DNA from: an uncultured Candidatus Saccharibacteria bacterium
Lineage (GTDB): Bacteria > Patescibacteriota > Minisyncoccia > Phycocordibacterales > UBA9973
NCBI GenBank assembly: GCA_964482735.1
Contig: CAYZYV010000003.1
Location: 63,097 to 127,096, forward strand
Length of the DNA stretch: 64,000 bases
Reading direction: 5' to 3'
Shown here: positions 1 through 9,025 of the stretch, piece after piece
Layout: every line of letters starts with the position of its first letter
Numbering within the stretch: position 1 is the first letter of the stretch
Position numbers and translations under genes: made by a program
Notes under the pieces: model-generated
What the model saw: the letters and a program-made list of their open reading frames with translations, nothing else
Databases searched by the model: none
What the model was told of the DNA's origin: nothing

Positions 1-1676
1 CAGAAGTTCACAAAGAAGGAGGCAAATACATTCAAGAATATTCACAAGGTAAGAAAAAATCTCCAGTTAAAAAAGTTGGTACAACAAAAGAACATGGTAC
101 TATCATTTTATTTAGACCAGACGAGGAAATTTTTAAAGAAGTTAAATTTAATATAGATACAGTAATAAATCACTTAAGACAGCAAGCATATTTGGTTAAA
201 GGATTGAGAATAGATATTATAGATGCTCGAGAATGGGATCCTATAACTGGTGGCAAAGAGAAAAAAGATTTAAATGATACTTTTTGGTTTAAGGATTTAG
301 AGCTAGAAGTTCCTTCCACATCTTTTTATTTTGAAGGTGGGCTAATTTCTCTTGTAAGATTTTACAATAAACTCGAAAAGCCTATTCATCCAAGTATCTT
401 TTATGTAGAAAAAGAATTAGATAACGTAGGGGTAGAAGTGGCTTTACAGTATGTTGATGATGTTAATTTTGATATCATTCCTTTTGCTAATAATGTTTAT
501 AACCCAGAAGGCGGTACTCATGTAACCGGATTTAAAACGGCACTAACTAGAGTTTTAAATAACTATGGTAAGAAAAATAATTTGATAAAAGAAGGCGATG
601 GGGGGTTTACAGGAGAAGATGTCTTAGAGGGTCTTACTGCTGTAATATCAGTTAAGTTAAGAGAAATTCAATTTGAAGGACAGACAAAAGCCAAGCTTGG
701 TTCCACAGAAGCTCAGGGTGCCGTTGCCACAGTATTTGGAGATGCTCTTGCTACATTTCTAGAAGAGAATCCAGATGAAGCTAAATCTATCATTAATAAA
801 TCATTGCTTGCTCTTAGAGCTAGAAAAGCAGCTAAGGCGGCGAAGGATTCAGTTCTTCGAAAAGGTGCACTAGAGGGGATGACCTTGCCAGGTAAGCTAG
901 CAGACTGTCAGGTAAAAGATGCGGAAAATGCAGAATTGTTTATTGTGGAGGGGGATTCAGCTGGAGGTACAGCTAAAATGGGAAGAGATAGGAAAACTCA
1001 GGCGATACTACCGCTTAGGGGAAAAATTTTGAATGTTGAAAGAGCTAGGCTGGATAGGATGCTCGGAAGTGAGCAAATTAAAAATCTAGTTATCGCTATG
1101 GGTACATCTATAGGAGAAACTTTTGATATTACTAAAATGCGATATCATAAAATAATTATTGCAACAGATGCCGATGTGGATGGAGCTCACATTTCAACCC
1201 TTATTCTAACTTTGATGTATCGTTACTTTAGACCAGTGTTGGATGCTGGATATGTTTATATCGCACAACCACCTCTATTTAAGATCAAAAAAGGTAAAGA
1301 AGTATTTTATGCATATTCAGACGAAGAAAGAGATAGGATCTTGGGTAAAGATGCTCCAAAATTAGAAGAATTATTACAGGAAAGTGAGACGGGTGCAGAT
1401 GAGAACGAAGAGAGCGAGAATGAACAAAATGAAACGAAAGAAGGAGACAAGAAACAATCAAAAATCCACGTTCAAAGATATAAAGGTCTCGGAGAAATGA
1501 ACGCTGAAGAATTGTGGGAGACAACAATGGATCCAAACAATCGTGTCTTAAAACAAGTTTCAATTAAAGACATCGAAATTGCAAACCAAGTATTTGATAC
1601 CTTAATGGGTTCAGAAGTTGCCCCAAGAAAGGCCTTTATTCAGTCTAATGCCAAAATGGCAAACCTCGACATATAA
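1..1676 (+). CDS. gyrB: DNA gyrase subunit B, C-terminal ~555 aa (5' end upstream of window)
   Basis: Open frame continuous from base 3 with no stops. TOPRIM motifs EGDSAGG and ATDADVDGAHI are present, with the GyrB tail ...FIQSNAKMANLDI. An acidic low-complexity insert (ENEESENEQNETKE) lies near the C-terminus. Confidence 0.9.
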   Translation, partial: EVHKEGGKYIQEYSQGKKKSPVKKVGTTKEHGTIILFRPDEEIFKEVKFNIDTVINHLRQQAYLVKGLRIDIIDAREWDPITGGKEKKDLNDTFWFKDLELEVPSTSFYFEGGLISLVRFYNKLEKPIHPSIFYVEKELDNVGVEVALQYVDDVNFDIIPFANNVYNPEGGTHVTGFKTALTRVLNNYGKKNNLIKEGDGGFTGEDVLEGLTAVISVKLREIQFEGQTKAKLGSTEAQGAVATVFGDALATFLEENPDEAKSIINKSLLALRARKAAKAAKDSVLRKGALEGMTLPGKLADCQVKDAENAELFIVEGDSAGGTAKMGRDRKTQAILPLRGKILNVERARLDRMLGSEQIKNLVIAMGTSIGETFDITKMRYHKIIIATDADVDGAHISTLILTLMYRYFRPVLDAGYVYIAQPPLFKIKKGKEVFYAYSDEERDRILGKDAPKLEELLQESETGADENEESENEQNETKEGDKKQSKIHVQRYKGLGEMNAEELWETTMDPNNRVLKQVSIKDIEIANQVFDTLMGSEVAPRKAFIQSNAKMANLDI

Positions 1677-1686
1677 AAACAATAAA

Positions 1687-1722
1687 ACACTCCCCGAATC
1701 ATTCGGAGAGTGTTTTATTGTT
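1687..1722. terminator. Bidirectional intrinsic terminator between convergent gyrB and thrS
   Basis: 12/13-bp stem acactccccgaat / attcggagagtgt with a 1-nt loop, followed by tttattgtttt. Confidence 0.6.
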
Positions 1723-3459
1723 TTATCCTAATTTTCTTTCTTTAATATCCGATTTTATCTTTTCGATAAAACTTTCTATTGTAATGTTTTCTAGCTTTTC
1801 ATTTCTCCCCTCAACAGTTATGACTTTTGCATCACGTTCTTTATCTCCAACAACAATCATATACGGAATTTTTTGCATTTTTGCATTTCGAATTCTTTTT
1901 CCTAGAGATTCATTGGTGTCATCTAGTTCTATGCGAATATTTTCTTTGTTAATTTTTTCTAAAATTTCTTTTGCATATTCTTTCTGGTGTTCAGAGACAG
2001 GTAAAATTATTACTTGAACAGGGGCAAGCCAAACAGGAAAAGCCCCAGCAAAATGTTCAATCATAACTCCCATAAACCTTTCAAGTGATCCAGATATTGC
2101 CCTGTGAATAACAACAGGTCTTTCGTCTTCACCTTTTTCATTTTTAAAGGAAAGATTAAATCTTTCTGGAAGATTAAAATCACATTGAATTGTTGCTAAT
2201 TGCCACTCGCGTCCGATTGCGTCTTTAAACATAAAGTCTAATTTTGGTCCATAGAAGGCTGCTTCTCCAACTCCGAGCTTGTAATTTAATTCATTTTCTT
2301 TAGCTGCTGTTTCAAGAGCGTCTTCTGCTTTTTGCCAAACTTCGTCACTGCCGAGATATTTACTCTTGTCTTCACCCCTGGTTGAAAATCTTACCCAGTA
2401 ACCATTCATCATTCCCATTGTGTTGTAGAAATCTTTAATAATTTTTACAATCGTTCCGACCTCTTCTCCGATTTGAGAAACTCGACAGAATAGGTGTCCA
2501 TCATCTTGAGTAATCGATCGAACTCGAGTAAGTCCTGAAAGTTGACCAGCTTTTTCATAACGATACACAGTTGCAGGTTCAAAATATCGAATCGGCATAT
2601 CCCTGTAAGAGAATTGATTGTCGGCAAATATTTGCATGTGATGAGGACAGTTCATTGGCTTCATGAAGAATTCTTCATCTCCGCCCTTAACGCGGAATAA
2701 TTCATCTCCAAATTTTGCAGCATGCCCTGATGTTTGATATAAATCTTGTTTCGCTAGGTGAGGGGACCAAATACGAAGATAGCCTTTGTTTTTATGTAAT
2801 TCCCAAAGATAATCCTCGATCTCTTTTCGGATGGTCATCCCTTTTGGTTGAAGAAGGGGAAGGCCAGCACCGACAAGGTCAGATAGGGTAAAGAGTTTTA
2901 ATTCTTTTCCTAGTTTGCGATGGTCTCTTTTTTTGGCTTCTTCTTGTTGAAAGACATATTGATCCAGCTCTTCTTTTGTTTCGAAAGCTAACCCGTAAAC
3001 TCGCGTGAGCATTTTGTTCAACTCATTCCCTCGCCAATATGCACCAGCAATTTTTTCTAATTTAAACGAACCATCTTTGATGTCTTTTACATTTTCAATA
3101 TGCCCTCCTCGGCAAAGGTCAACAAAGTTTCCTGATTGATAAACTGTGATTTCTTCGTTTTTTCCACTTATTTCATTTATGAGTTCCAGCTTATATTCAT
3201 TATCTTTAAAAATTTCTAAAGCTTCTTCTTTTGTTAAAACTCTTTTTTCAAAAGTTGACCAAGTTTTTATGATTTCTTTCATCTTGTTTTCTATTTCTTC
3301 AAGATTAGCATCGGTTATCTTTCCATTGACATCAACATCATAATAAAAACCATGCTCAATAGCTGGCCCAAGGGTTATTTTTGACCCAGGATATAATTCT
3401 AATATTGAAGCCCCCAGAAGGTGAGCTAGAGAATGTCTTATTTTTTCTATTTTTTCCAT
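1723..3459 (-). CDS. thrS: Threonyl-tRNA synthetase (lacks N-terminal TGS domain; begins at N2-like domain)
   Basis: MEKIEKIRHSLAHLLGASILELYP...GFYYD matches the ThrRS N2/editing region. Class II catalytic core and anticodon-binding C-terminus are present. Start set at the internal Met (MEKIEK) because the upstream Mets lie inside the T-box leader. Confidence 0.88.
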   Translation of the reverse strand: MEKIEKIRHSLAHLLGASILELYPGSKITLGPAIEHGFYYDVDVNGKITDANLEEIENKMKEIIKTWSTFEKRVLTKEEALEIFKDNEYKLELINEISGKNEEITVYQSGNFVDLCRGGHIENVKDIKDGSFKLEKIAGAYWRGNELNKMLTRVYGLAFETKEELDQYVFQQEEAKKRDHRKLGKELKLFTLSDLVGAGLPLLQPKGMTIRKEIEDYLWELHKNKGYLRIWSPHLAKQDLYQTSGHAAKFGDELFRVKGGDEEFFMKPMNCPHHMQIFADNQFSYRDMPIRYFEPATVYRYEKAGQLSGLTRVRSITQDDGHLFCRVSQIGEEVGTIVKIIKDFYNTMGMMNGYWVRFSTRGEDKSKYLGSDEVWQKAEDALETAAKENELNYKLGVGEAAFYGPKLDFMFKDAIGREWQLATIQCDFNLPERFNLSFKNEKGEDERPVVIHRAISGSLERFMGVMIEHFAGAFPVWLAPVQVIILPVSEHQKEYAKEILEKINKENIRIELDDTNESLGKRIRNAKMQKIPYMIVVGDKERDAKVITVEGRNEKLENITIESFIEKIKSDIKERKLG

Positions 3460-3574
3460 AATAAATTTGTATATAAAACGAAGCAAATTATTTTATGAAA
3501 AAATGTCTGGCCCCTCGTCCTCCCTCATCCGAGGACTTTTTTCAAAATATAATTTGCGAAGTTTTATTTTAATT

Positions 3575-3790
3575 AGCTAAAATAAAATCGCCCCGACGAA
3601 ATGTGAAAAATTCACTTTCCGTCGGGGCGAGTCTAATCGCGGTTCCACCCAACATTTATAACTTCATTAACATTATAGATTAGCCCCATGAGGTCCAGAT
3701 TATTACCTAGATTATGGTTGGTAGCCATAACAATCTCTATACATAGAATAATACAATGAATGTTTTTAAAACACAAGCACTTTCTACTTC
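3575..3790 (-). promoter_or_regulatory. T-box riboswitch leader of thrS (Thr specifier ACC)
   Basis: The minus strand reads ...aaatgttGGGTGGAACCGCGattagactCGCCCCGACGgaaagtgaatttttcacatttCGTCGGGGCGattttatttt. This is the T-box consensus (GGGUGGNACCGCG) overlapping the 5' arm of a 10-bp terminator hairpin followed by a U-run. A Stem I-like hairpin ttatgg-CUACCAA-ccataa carries an ACC Thr codon, with an AGAGA motif nearby. Confidence 0.65.
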
Positions 3791-3880
3791 GACCACTTAG
3801 AAGCTCAGCTCCTAAGTGAAAAGGGATAAAAATCTGGACAAATACTGGTTTTCTAAATATAGGAGTGATACAATAAAATC

Positions 3881-4714
3881 ATGTTCAAGAAACATCAAAA
3901 TTCCAAAATTAAAGCTTTCACCCCCACACCTACTTTTAGAAAGCAACATAGTTGCGCGTCTACGACGCATTCTGAAAGTGGGTGTAGGGGGTTTACTCTC
4001 ATCGAACTCCTCGTCGTTGTCGCCATCATCGGCATACTCTCCGGAGTAGTCATTGCATCACTAAACAGTGCACGAGAGAAAGGAAAAATCGCAGCCATCA
4101 AGTCTACTCTCAAGAACATGCAATCTCAAGCCGAAATCACATATACTGATACAGGAAGCTATGCTTCACTATACAACTCTTCCACCTACGATTGTATCGG
4201 TCCATTAGCTAACATGGCTTCTAGCCTCACAGACAAAGGAGTAACAGTTAAATGTTATTCTAGAAACGATTCATCCCGTAATGATGTTTACTTAAGATTC
4301 GGCGCTACTGCTATCATCTACGATGCCAACGATTTCAAAGCATGGTCCACAGACCAAAACGGAGTAGTGACTTGGGATCAGAAAGGAGTAAATACTACTG
4401 GTGCTTATGTAGATACAGATGTATATTCAGGTATGACATATTCTGTTTCAACTACTGCGTGTACTACTGCCGGAGGAAGGTTGCCATCTTTGGAACAACT
4501 ATTTACTTTGGCAAGAGCTTATGGATCAGCTTCACTAGCTGCGACTGGTACCACTACCTACAAGCCTACAAGTGCAGGCTTCGTGGCGCACTACTATTGG
4601 TCTTCTACCATCGTCCCGTCTGATGGTTCGCTGGCTTACAGTGTGAGCTTTAGCAGTGGTAACGCCGTCACGCACTCTACTGCGAGCTCCGACTATGTCC
4701 GTTGTGTCCGGTAG
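3881..4714 (+). CDS. Type IV pilin-like protein (N-terminal GFTLIELLVV prepilin motif) fused to a C-terminal DUF1566/Lcl-like domain
   Basis: G|FTLIELLVVVAIIGILSGVVIAS is a class III signal / N-methylation motif. The C-terminus RLPSLEQLFTL...YWSST...AYSVSFSSG...YVRCVR resembles DUF1566. RBS aggagtg lies 13 nt upstream. Confidence 0.7.
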   Translation: MFKKHQNSKIKAFTPTPTFRKQHSCASTTHSESGCRGFTLIELLVVVAIIGILSGVVIASLNSAREKGKIAAIKSTLKNMQSQAEITYTDTGSYASLYNSSTYDCIGPLANMASSLTDKGVTVKCYSRNDSSRNDVYLRFGATAIIYDANDFKAWSTDQNGVVTWDQKGVNTTGAYVDTDVYSGMTYSVSTTACTTAGGRLPSLEQLFTLARAYGSASLAATGTTTYKPTSAGFVAHYYWSSTIVPSDGSLAYSVSFSSGNAVTHSTASSDYVRCVR

Positions 4715-4744
4715 TTAGTTAATAGATAGGGATTGTTTTTCTGG

Positions 4745-4772
4745 TTGCATTTTGGCTTAAAATCAGTATACT
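4745..4772 (+). promoter_or_regulatory. Sigma70-like promoter (TTGCAT-N16-TATACT) for rpmF; only 7 nt to the ATG (leaderless)
   Basis: Hexamers read directly from sequence. Confidence 0.35.
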
Positions 4773-4779
4773 AGTTATT

Positions 4780-4986
4780 ATGGTAATACGAATGAGACAT
4801 ACCCGTGCACATACGGGAAATAGAAGATCACACCATGCCCTAGAAGCAAAGGTCTTTACTACTTGTACAAACTGTGGGGAAAAGAAAGAAACTCACATTG
4901 TTTGCAAGAAATGCGGATTTTACAGAGGACGCAAGGTAATTGATGTGGTTAAGAAAGTAGAGAAAAAACAAGCAAAAAAGAAATAG
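4780..4986 (+). CDS. rpmF: 50S ribosomal protein L32
   Basis: N-terminal ...GNRRSHHAL motif, CxxC...CxxC zinc ribbon (CTNCGEKK...CKKCGFY), basic tail. Confidence 0.8.
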   Translation: MVIRMRHTRAHTGNRRSHHALEAKVFTTCTNCGEKKETHIVCKKCGFYRGRKVIDVVKKVEKKQAKKK

Positions 4987-5045
4987 TCTAAAAACTATTC
5001 TTTTTGATTTATTAGTTCTTTATTGTTTAAAGCTATTTTTATATT

Positions 5046-5951
5046 ATGGCAAACAGGCACCTTTCAAGATCAATTGTTCTTCAGACACTCTTTGAGTGGG
5101 ATTTCGCGGTTTCTAAAGACAGTGACCCAAAAGAGATGCTCGAAAGGAACATTGAAGAATTTGGTCCAGGATTAGATGACAATCAGTTTATGTCTGAACT
5201 CTTTAACGGTGTCATAAAAAAGAAACAAATTATTGATGAAATTATCGAAAAAGCTGCTCCAGATTGGCCAATAGACAAAATATCTGTAGTTGATAGAAAC
5301 GTCCTAAGAATAGGTCTATATGAATTGATATTTGCTGATAGAGGACAGGTTCCTCCTAAGGTTGCTATCAACGAGGCCATAGAGCTTGCTAAAACTTTTG
5401 GTGGAGAAAATTCTAGTAGATTTGTTAACGGAGTCTTGGGTGGTGTTTACAAAGAAATGGGTGAACCCGGAAAAGATGATGTTCATCCAAAGAAGAAAGC
5501 TTTTGAAACAGACCCAGCAAAGTTTCCTATTGAAAAAAAGGCAGGAGCTGTTGTTTATGCTCATCATGAGGATAAATTGTATTTTGCTTTTGTTCATGAT
5601 GTTTTTGGATACTGGACTCTGTCTAAAGGTAGTATAGAAGAAGGCGAAAACGAAGAAGAAGGAGCTATTCGAGAAATCAAAGAAGAAATGGGCCTAGATA
5701 TAAAAATAAAAGAACTTTTAGGACGTAACGAATATATCGCTACTCATCCAGAAAAGGGAAAGATTAGGAAACAGGTAGTATTTTTCTTGGCGGAATCAGA
5801 TTATAGAGAAATAGTCTTAGAGGAGGGAACTGGAGGTTTAGATGATGCTAGATGGTTTACAATAGACGAAATACCAAATTTAAGAATGTATGATAATATG
5901 ATTCCGCTTCTAACCAAGACGATCGATATTCTTAGTAAAGATAATGGGTAA
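5046..5951 (+). CDS. nusB: NusB antitermination factor fused to a C-terminal Nudix hydrolase domain
   Basis: Residues 1-145 align with NusB (VAINEAIELAKTFGGENSSRFVNGVLGGV). Residues ~165-301 carry a Nudix box (GSIEEGENEEEGAIREIKEEMGL). Single uninterrupted ORF. Confidence 0.8.
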   Translation: MANRHLSRSIVLQTLFEWDFAVSKDSDPKEMLERNIEEFGPGLDDNQFMSELFNGVIKKKQIIDEIIEKAAPDWPIDKISVVDRNVLRIGLYELIFADRGQVPPKVAINEAIELAKTFGGENSSRFVNGVLGGVYKEMGEPGKDDVHPKKKAFETDPAKFPIEKKAGAVVYAHHEDKLYFAFVHDVFGYWTLSKGSIEEGENEEEGAIREIKEEMGLDIKIKELLGRNEYIATHPEKGKIRKQVVFFLAESDYREIVLEEGTGGLDDARWFTIDEIPNLRMYDNMIPLLTKTIDILSKDNG

Positions 5952-5956
5952 AAAAC

Positions 5957-6652
5957 ATGATAGATTTCTCTTTGTTTGAAAAAAAAATAAATATACATTT
6001 TAAAAATAAAAAGCTTCTAGAACAAGCTTTTATTCACCGATCATACATAAACGAAAACGGCGGAACCAAACTAGAACACAACGAAAGACTAGAATTTTTA
6101 GGAGATGCAGTTTTGGAACTTATTGTTACTGATTATTTATATAATAAATACGGAGATAAAGATGAAGGTGAGTTAACCGCTTATAGATCATCCCTTGTTA
6201 ATGCTACTATTTGTGGAGAGATTGCTAGTGAGCTAGGAATGAATGAATATCTACTATTGTCAAAAGGTGAAGCAAAAGATATTGGTAAAGCTCGTGGCTA
6301 TATATTGGCAAACACCTATGAAGCTTTTGTGGGTGCTGTTTACTTGGATCAAGGATACGAAACAGCTAAAGATTTTATTTATAAAACAATCCTAAGCAAA
6401 ATAGATACAATAATAGCTAAAAAACTTTGGAGAGATTCAAAGAGTTTGGTTCAAGAAAAAGCTCAAGAATATGTAAACGTTACTCCGTCATACAAAGTCT
6501 TACACGAATCAGGTCCTGATCATGACAAAAGTTTTACAACAGGTATCTATTTTGGAGACATACTAGTAGCAGAAGGAAAAGGTAAGTCAAAACAGGAATC
6601 AGAACAAGATGCTGCACATAAAGCATTAGAAATTAAAGAGTGGTTGGAGTAA
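5957..6652 (+). CDS. rnc: Ribonuclease III
   Basis: RNase III signature ERLEFLGDAVLELIV plus a C-terminal dsRBD. Starts 6 nt after nusB. Confidence 0.9.
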   Translation: MIDFSLFEKKINIHFKNKKLLEQAFIHRSYINENGGTKLEHNERLEFLGDAVLELIVTDYLYNKYGDKDEGELTAYRSSLVNATICGEIASELGMNEYLLLSKGEAKDIGKARGYILANTYEAFVGAVYLDQGYETAKDFIYKTILSKIDTIIAKKLWRDSKSLVQEKAQEYVNVTPSYKVLHESGPDHDKSFTTGIYFGDILVAEGKGKSKQESEQDAAHKALEIKEWLE

Positions 6653-6658
6653 AAGAAA

Positions 6659-8920
6659 ATGACTCTCAAATCAATAGAGCTTATAGGTTTTAAGTCGTTT
6701 GGCAAAAAAAGTGTTGTTAATTTTACGACGCCTGTTACTTGTATAGTGGGTCCCAACGGCTCTGGTAAATCAAACATAGTTGAAGCAATAAGGTTTGTAT
6801 TGGGGGAGCAGTCAATGAAATCTCTTAGAGGTAAAGGTGGAGTAGATTTGATATTTAAGGGTTCAAAACATTTGTCTTCATCTAATCGCGCTCAAGTAAC
6901 AATAACTTTTGATAATAGCGATAAAGTTTTTTCTTTTACAAATAGCGGCCTAGGTGTCTCTCTCGATTATGATGAGATAACTATTGGAAGAGAAGTTTTT
7001 GCTGATGGCTCAAATAAATATACTATAAACAAAACTGAAGTTCGTCTTAAAGATGTTGTCGATTTACTTGCCTCGGTTAACATAGGAAGTTCTGGACACC
7101 ATATAATTTCGCAAGGAGAAGCTGATCGCGTTTTGAATGCGTCAAACAAAGAAAGAAGAGGAATGATAGAAGATGCGCTAGGTCTTCGAGTCTATCAATA
7201 TAGAATTAAGGAAGCAGAAAAGAAGCTCGAGAAAACAATCGAAAATATCAAAGATGTTCAATCGTTGAGAAGAGAAATAGCTCCTCATTTAGCATTCTTA
7301 AAAAAACAAGTTCAAATAATCGAAAAATCTCGAGAAATGAGAGAAGAGCTTAGAGAAATGTACCGCTCTTACTTGTCTATAGAGAATACTTATATTAAAA
7401 AAGAAGACTCTCGTTTGTCTAATTGGTCTGCCGAATTAAACACCAAAAAGATAGAAGTAGAAAATAAATTACAAGAAATAGAAAAACAAAAAGCAGAAAC
7501 TCAAACCGAAAGTTTGTATAGAAAAGAAATCCTAGACAAGGAAGGAGAAATATCCAAAATACGATCTGATAAAAATGAATTTATTAGAAAATTAGGTAGA
7601 ATAGAAGGAATTATAGAGGGAATCGAATCTCATTTCAATAAAAAAACTGAATCTAATACTAGGGTCATTAGTGAAGACGAATGGAAAACTTTTGTGCTTG
7701 ATATTTCTACAAGGATAGATGAAGCTATTAAAATAGAGGATCTTTCTAATGTGAAAGATGTTCTTGTTTCTATCAAAAATAAAATAAAGGATTTCTATAA
7801 AGAGTCTAGCGAAGAAGAGAATAAGGTTATCACAATAGAAGATAATGCAGAATATCGCGAAATGCAGGTTGCAAAGAATGAAATTTTATCTTCAATTGAA
7901 AGTCTTAATAATCAAGAGAAAGAAGTTTTTGAAAAGATTAACGATCTTCGAAGAAAAGAAAAGGAAGAGGAAGACAAATACAGAGACAGTGAAAAAATCC
8001 TTTATGAACTTGTTCATCAAAAAAATGATATTAATTCAAAAATTCAATCATTAGGATACGAACAAGAAAAACTAGAAATTGTTAAAAATGCCTTTAATAT
8101 GGAATTGACAGAGGCAGGCGTTTTGATTGGTAGAGAAATAATATCATTCGCTGAAACAGTTTTTGAAGGAGAAATAAATCGAGACACTCAAGAAGATATC
8201 AGAAGAAAAATAGAAAGAATAAAAATTAAAATAGAGGATGCTGGAAGTGGAAGTGGTAACGAAGTGATGAAAGAGTACGAAGACACATTAGAGAGGGATA
8301 GTTTTCTAGCAAAAGAAATAGACGATTTGAATAAGAGCATGAAGGATTGTAGTATCTTAATCCAAGACTTAAAAGAAAAATTAGATTCTGAATTTAAGAC
8401 GGGTATAGAGAAAATCAATAAACAATTCCAAGAATTTTTTGCTCTAATGTTTGGAGGGGGAGGAGCATTCCTTTCAATTACTATGGAGAATAAAAAGCCA
8501 AAGAAAAATTCTGACACAGAAGTAATGGAAGAGGAAGAGTCAGAAGAAAGCGAAGTTGGTTTTGAAAGAGGTATAGAGATAAATGTCAGCTTGCCACAAA
8601 AGAAAGTTAAAGATTTACACATGTTGTCAGGAGGGGAAAGGTCTTTGACTTCTATTGCTCTCTTGTTCGCTATATCTCAAGTTAATCCTCCACCATTCTT
8701 GGTTTTGGATGAGACAGATGCTGCCTTAGATGAAGCTAATTCAAAGAAGTATGGAAATATGCTAGAAAACCTTTCCAAATATTCAGAACTTATTGTGGTT
8801 ACCCACAATAGAGAAACAATGTCCAGAGCCCAAGTTCTTTACGGAGTAACTATGAGTGCTGAGGGCGCATCTACTCTGTTATCTATACACTTAGAAGAAG
8901 CTGCAAACTACGCTAAATAG
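6659..8920 (+). CDS. smc: SMC-family chromosome segregation ATPase, short (753 aa) with no recognisable hinge domain
   Basis: N-terminal Walker A IVGPNGSGKSNIVEAIRFVLGEQS. C-terminal signature/Walker B LSGGERSLTSIALLFAI...FLVLDETDAALD. Long coiled-coil middle. Conserved rnc-smc synteny. Confidence 0.75.
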   Translation: MTLKSIELIGFKSFGKKSVVNFTTPVTCIVGPNGSGKSNIVEAIRFVLGEQSMKSLRGKGGVDLIFKGSKHLSSSNRAQVTITFDNSDKVFSFTNSGLGVSLDYDEITIGREVFADGSNKYTINKTEVRLKDVVDLLASVNIGSSGHHIISQGEADRVLNASNKERRGMIEDALGLRVYQYRIKEAEKKLEKTIENIKDVQSLRREIAPHLAFLKKQVQIIEKSREMREELREMYRSYLSIENTYIKKEDSRLSNWSAELNTKKIEVENKLQEIEKQKAETQTESLYRKEILDKEGEISKIRSDKNEFIRKLGRIEGIIEGIESHFNKKTESNTRVISEDEWKTFVLDISTRIDEAIKIEDLSNVKDVLVSIKNKIKDFYKESSEEENKVITIEDNAEYREMQVAKNEILSSIESLNNQEKEVFEKINDLRRKEKEEEDKYRDSEKILYELVHQKNDINSKIQSLGYEQEKLEIVKNAFNMELTEAGVLIGREIISFAETVFEGEINRDTQEDIRRKIERIKIKIEDAGSGSGNEVMKEYEDTLERDSFLAKEIDDLNKSMKDCSILIQDLKEKLDSEFKTGIEKINKQFQEFFALMFGGGGAFLSITMENKKPKKNSDTEVMEEEESEESEVGFERGIEINVSLPQKKVKDLHMLSGGERSLTSIALLFAISQVNPPPFLVLDETDAALDEANSKKYGNMLENLSKYSELIVVTHNRETMSRAQVLYGVTMSAEGASTLLSIHLEEAANYAK

Positions 8921-8924
8921 AACA

Positions 8925-8960
8925 CTTGACTTTTATTTCTAATATGATATAATATATTAA
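8925..8960 (+). promoter_or_regulatory. Orphan consensus promoter (TTGACT-N16-TATAAT), followed by a perfect AAGGAGG and then a terminator with no ORF
   Basis: Hexamers and the SD-like sequence read directly. Only a GTG-TAA dicodon follows. Confidence 0.3.
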
Positions 8961-9025
8961 AATAAGTGATTTAAAAAAGGAGGATATTGTGTAAAACCCC
9001 ATTGGTCGTGTTGACTGATGGGTTT

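Noticed and set aside
1285-1563. 92-aa minus-strand ORF inside gyrB
   Set aside because: It is antisense to a well-supported gene and has no independent signals.
3895-4119. 74-aa minus-strand ORF (and its twin at 14193..14420)
   Set aside because: Both are antisense to the conserved pilin N-terminal helix (AITTRSSIRVNP is the reverse read of FTLIELLVV). They are frame-shadow ORFs of the pilin genes.
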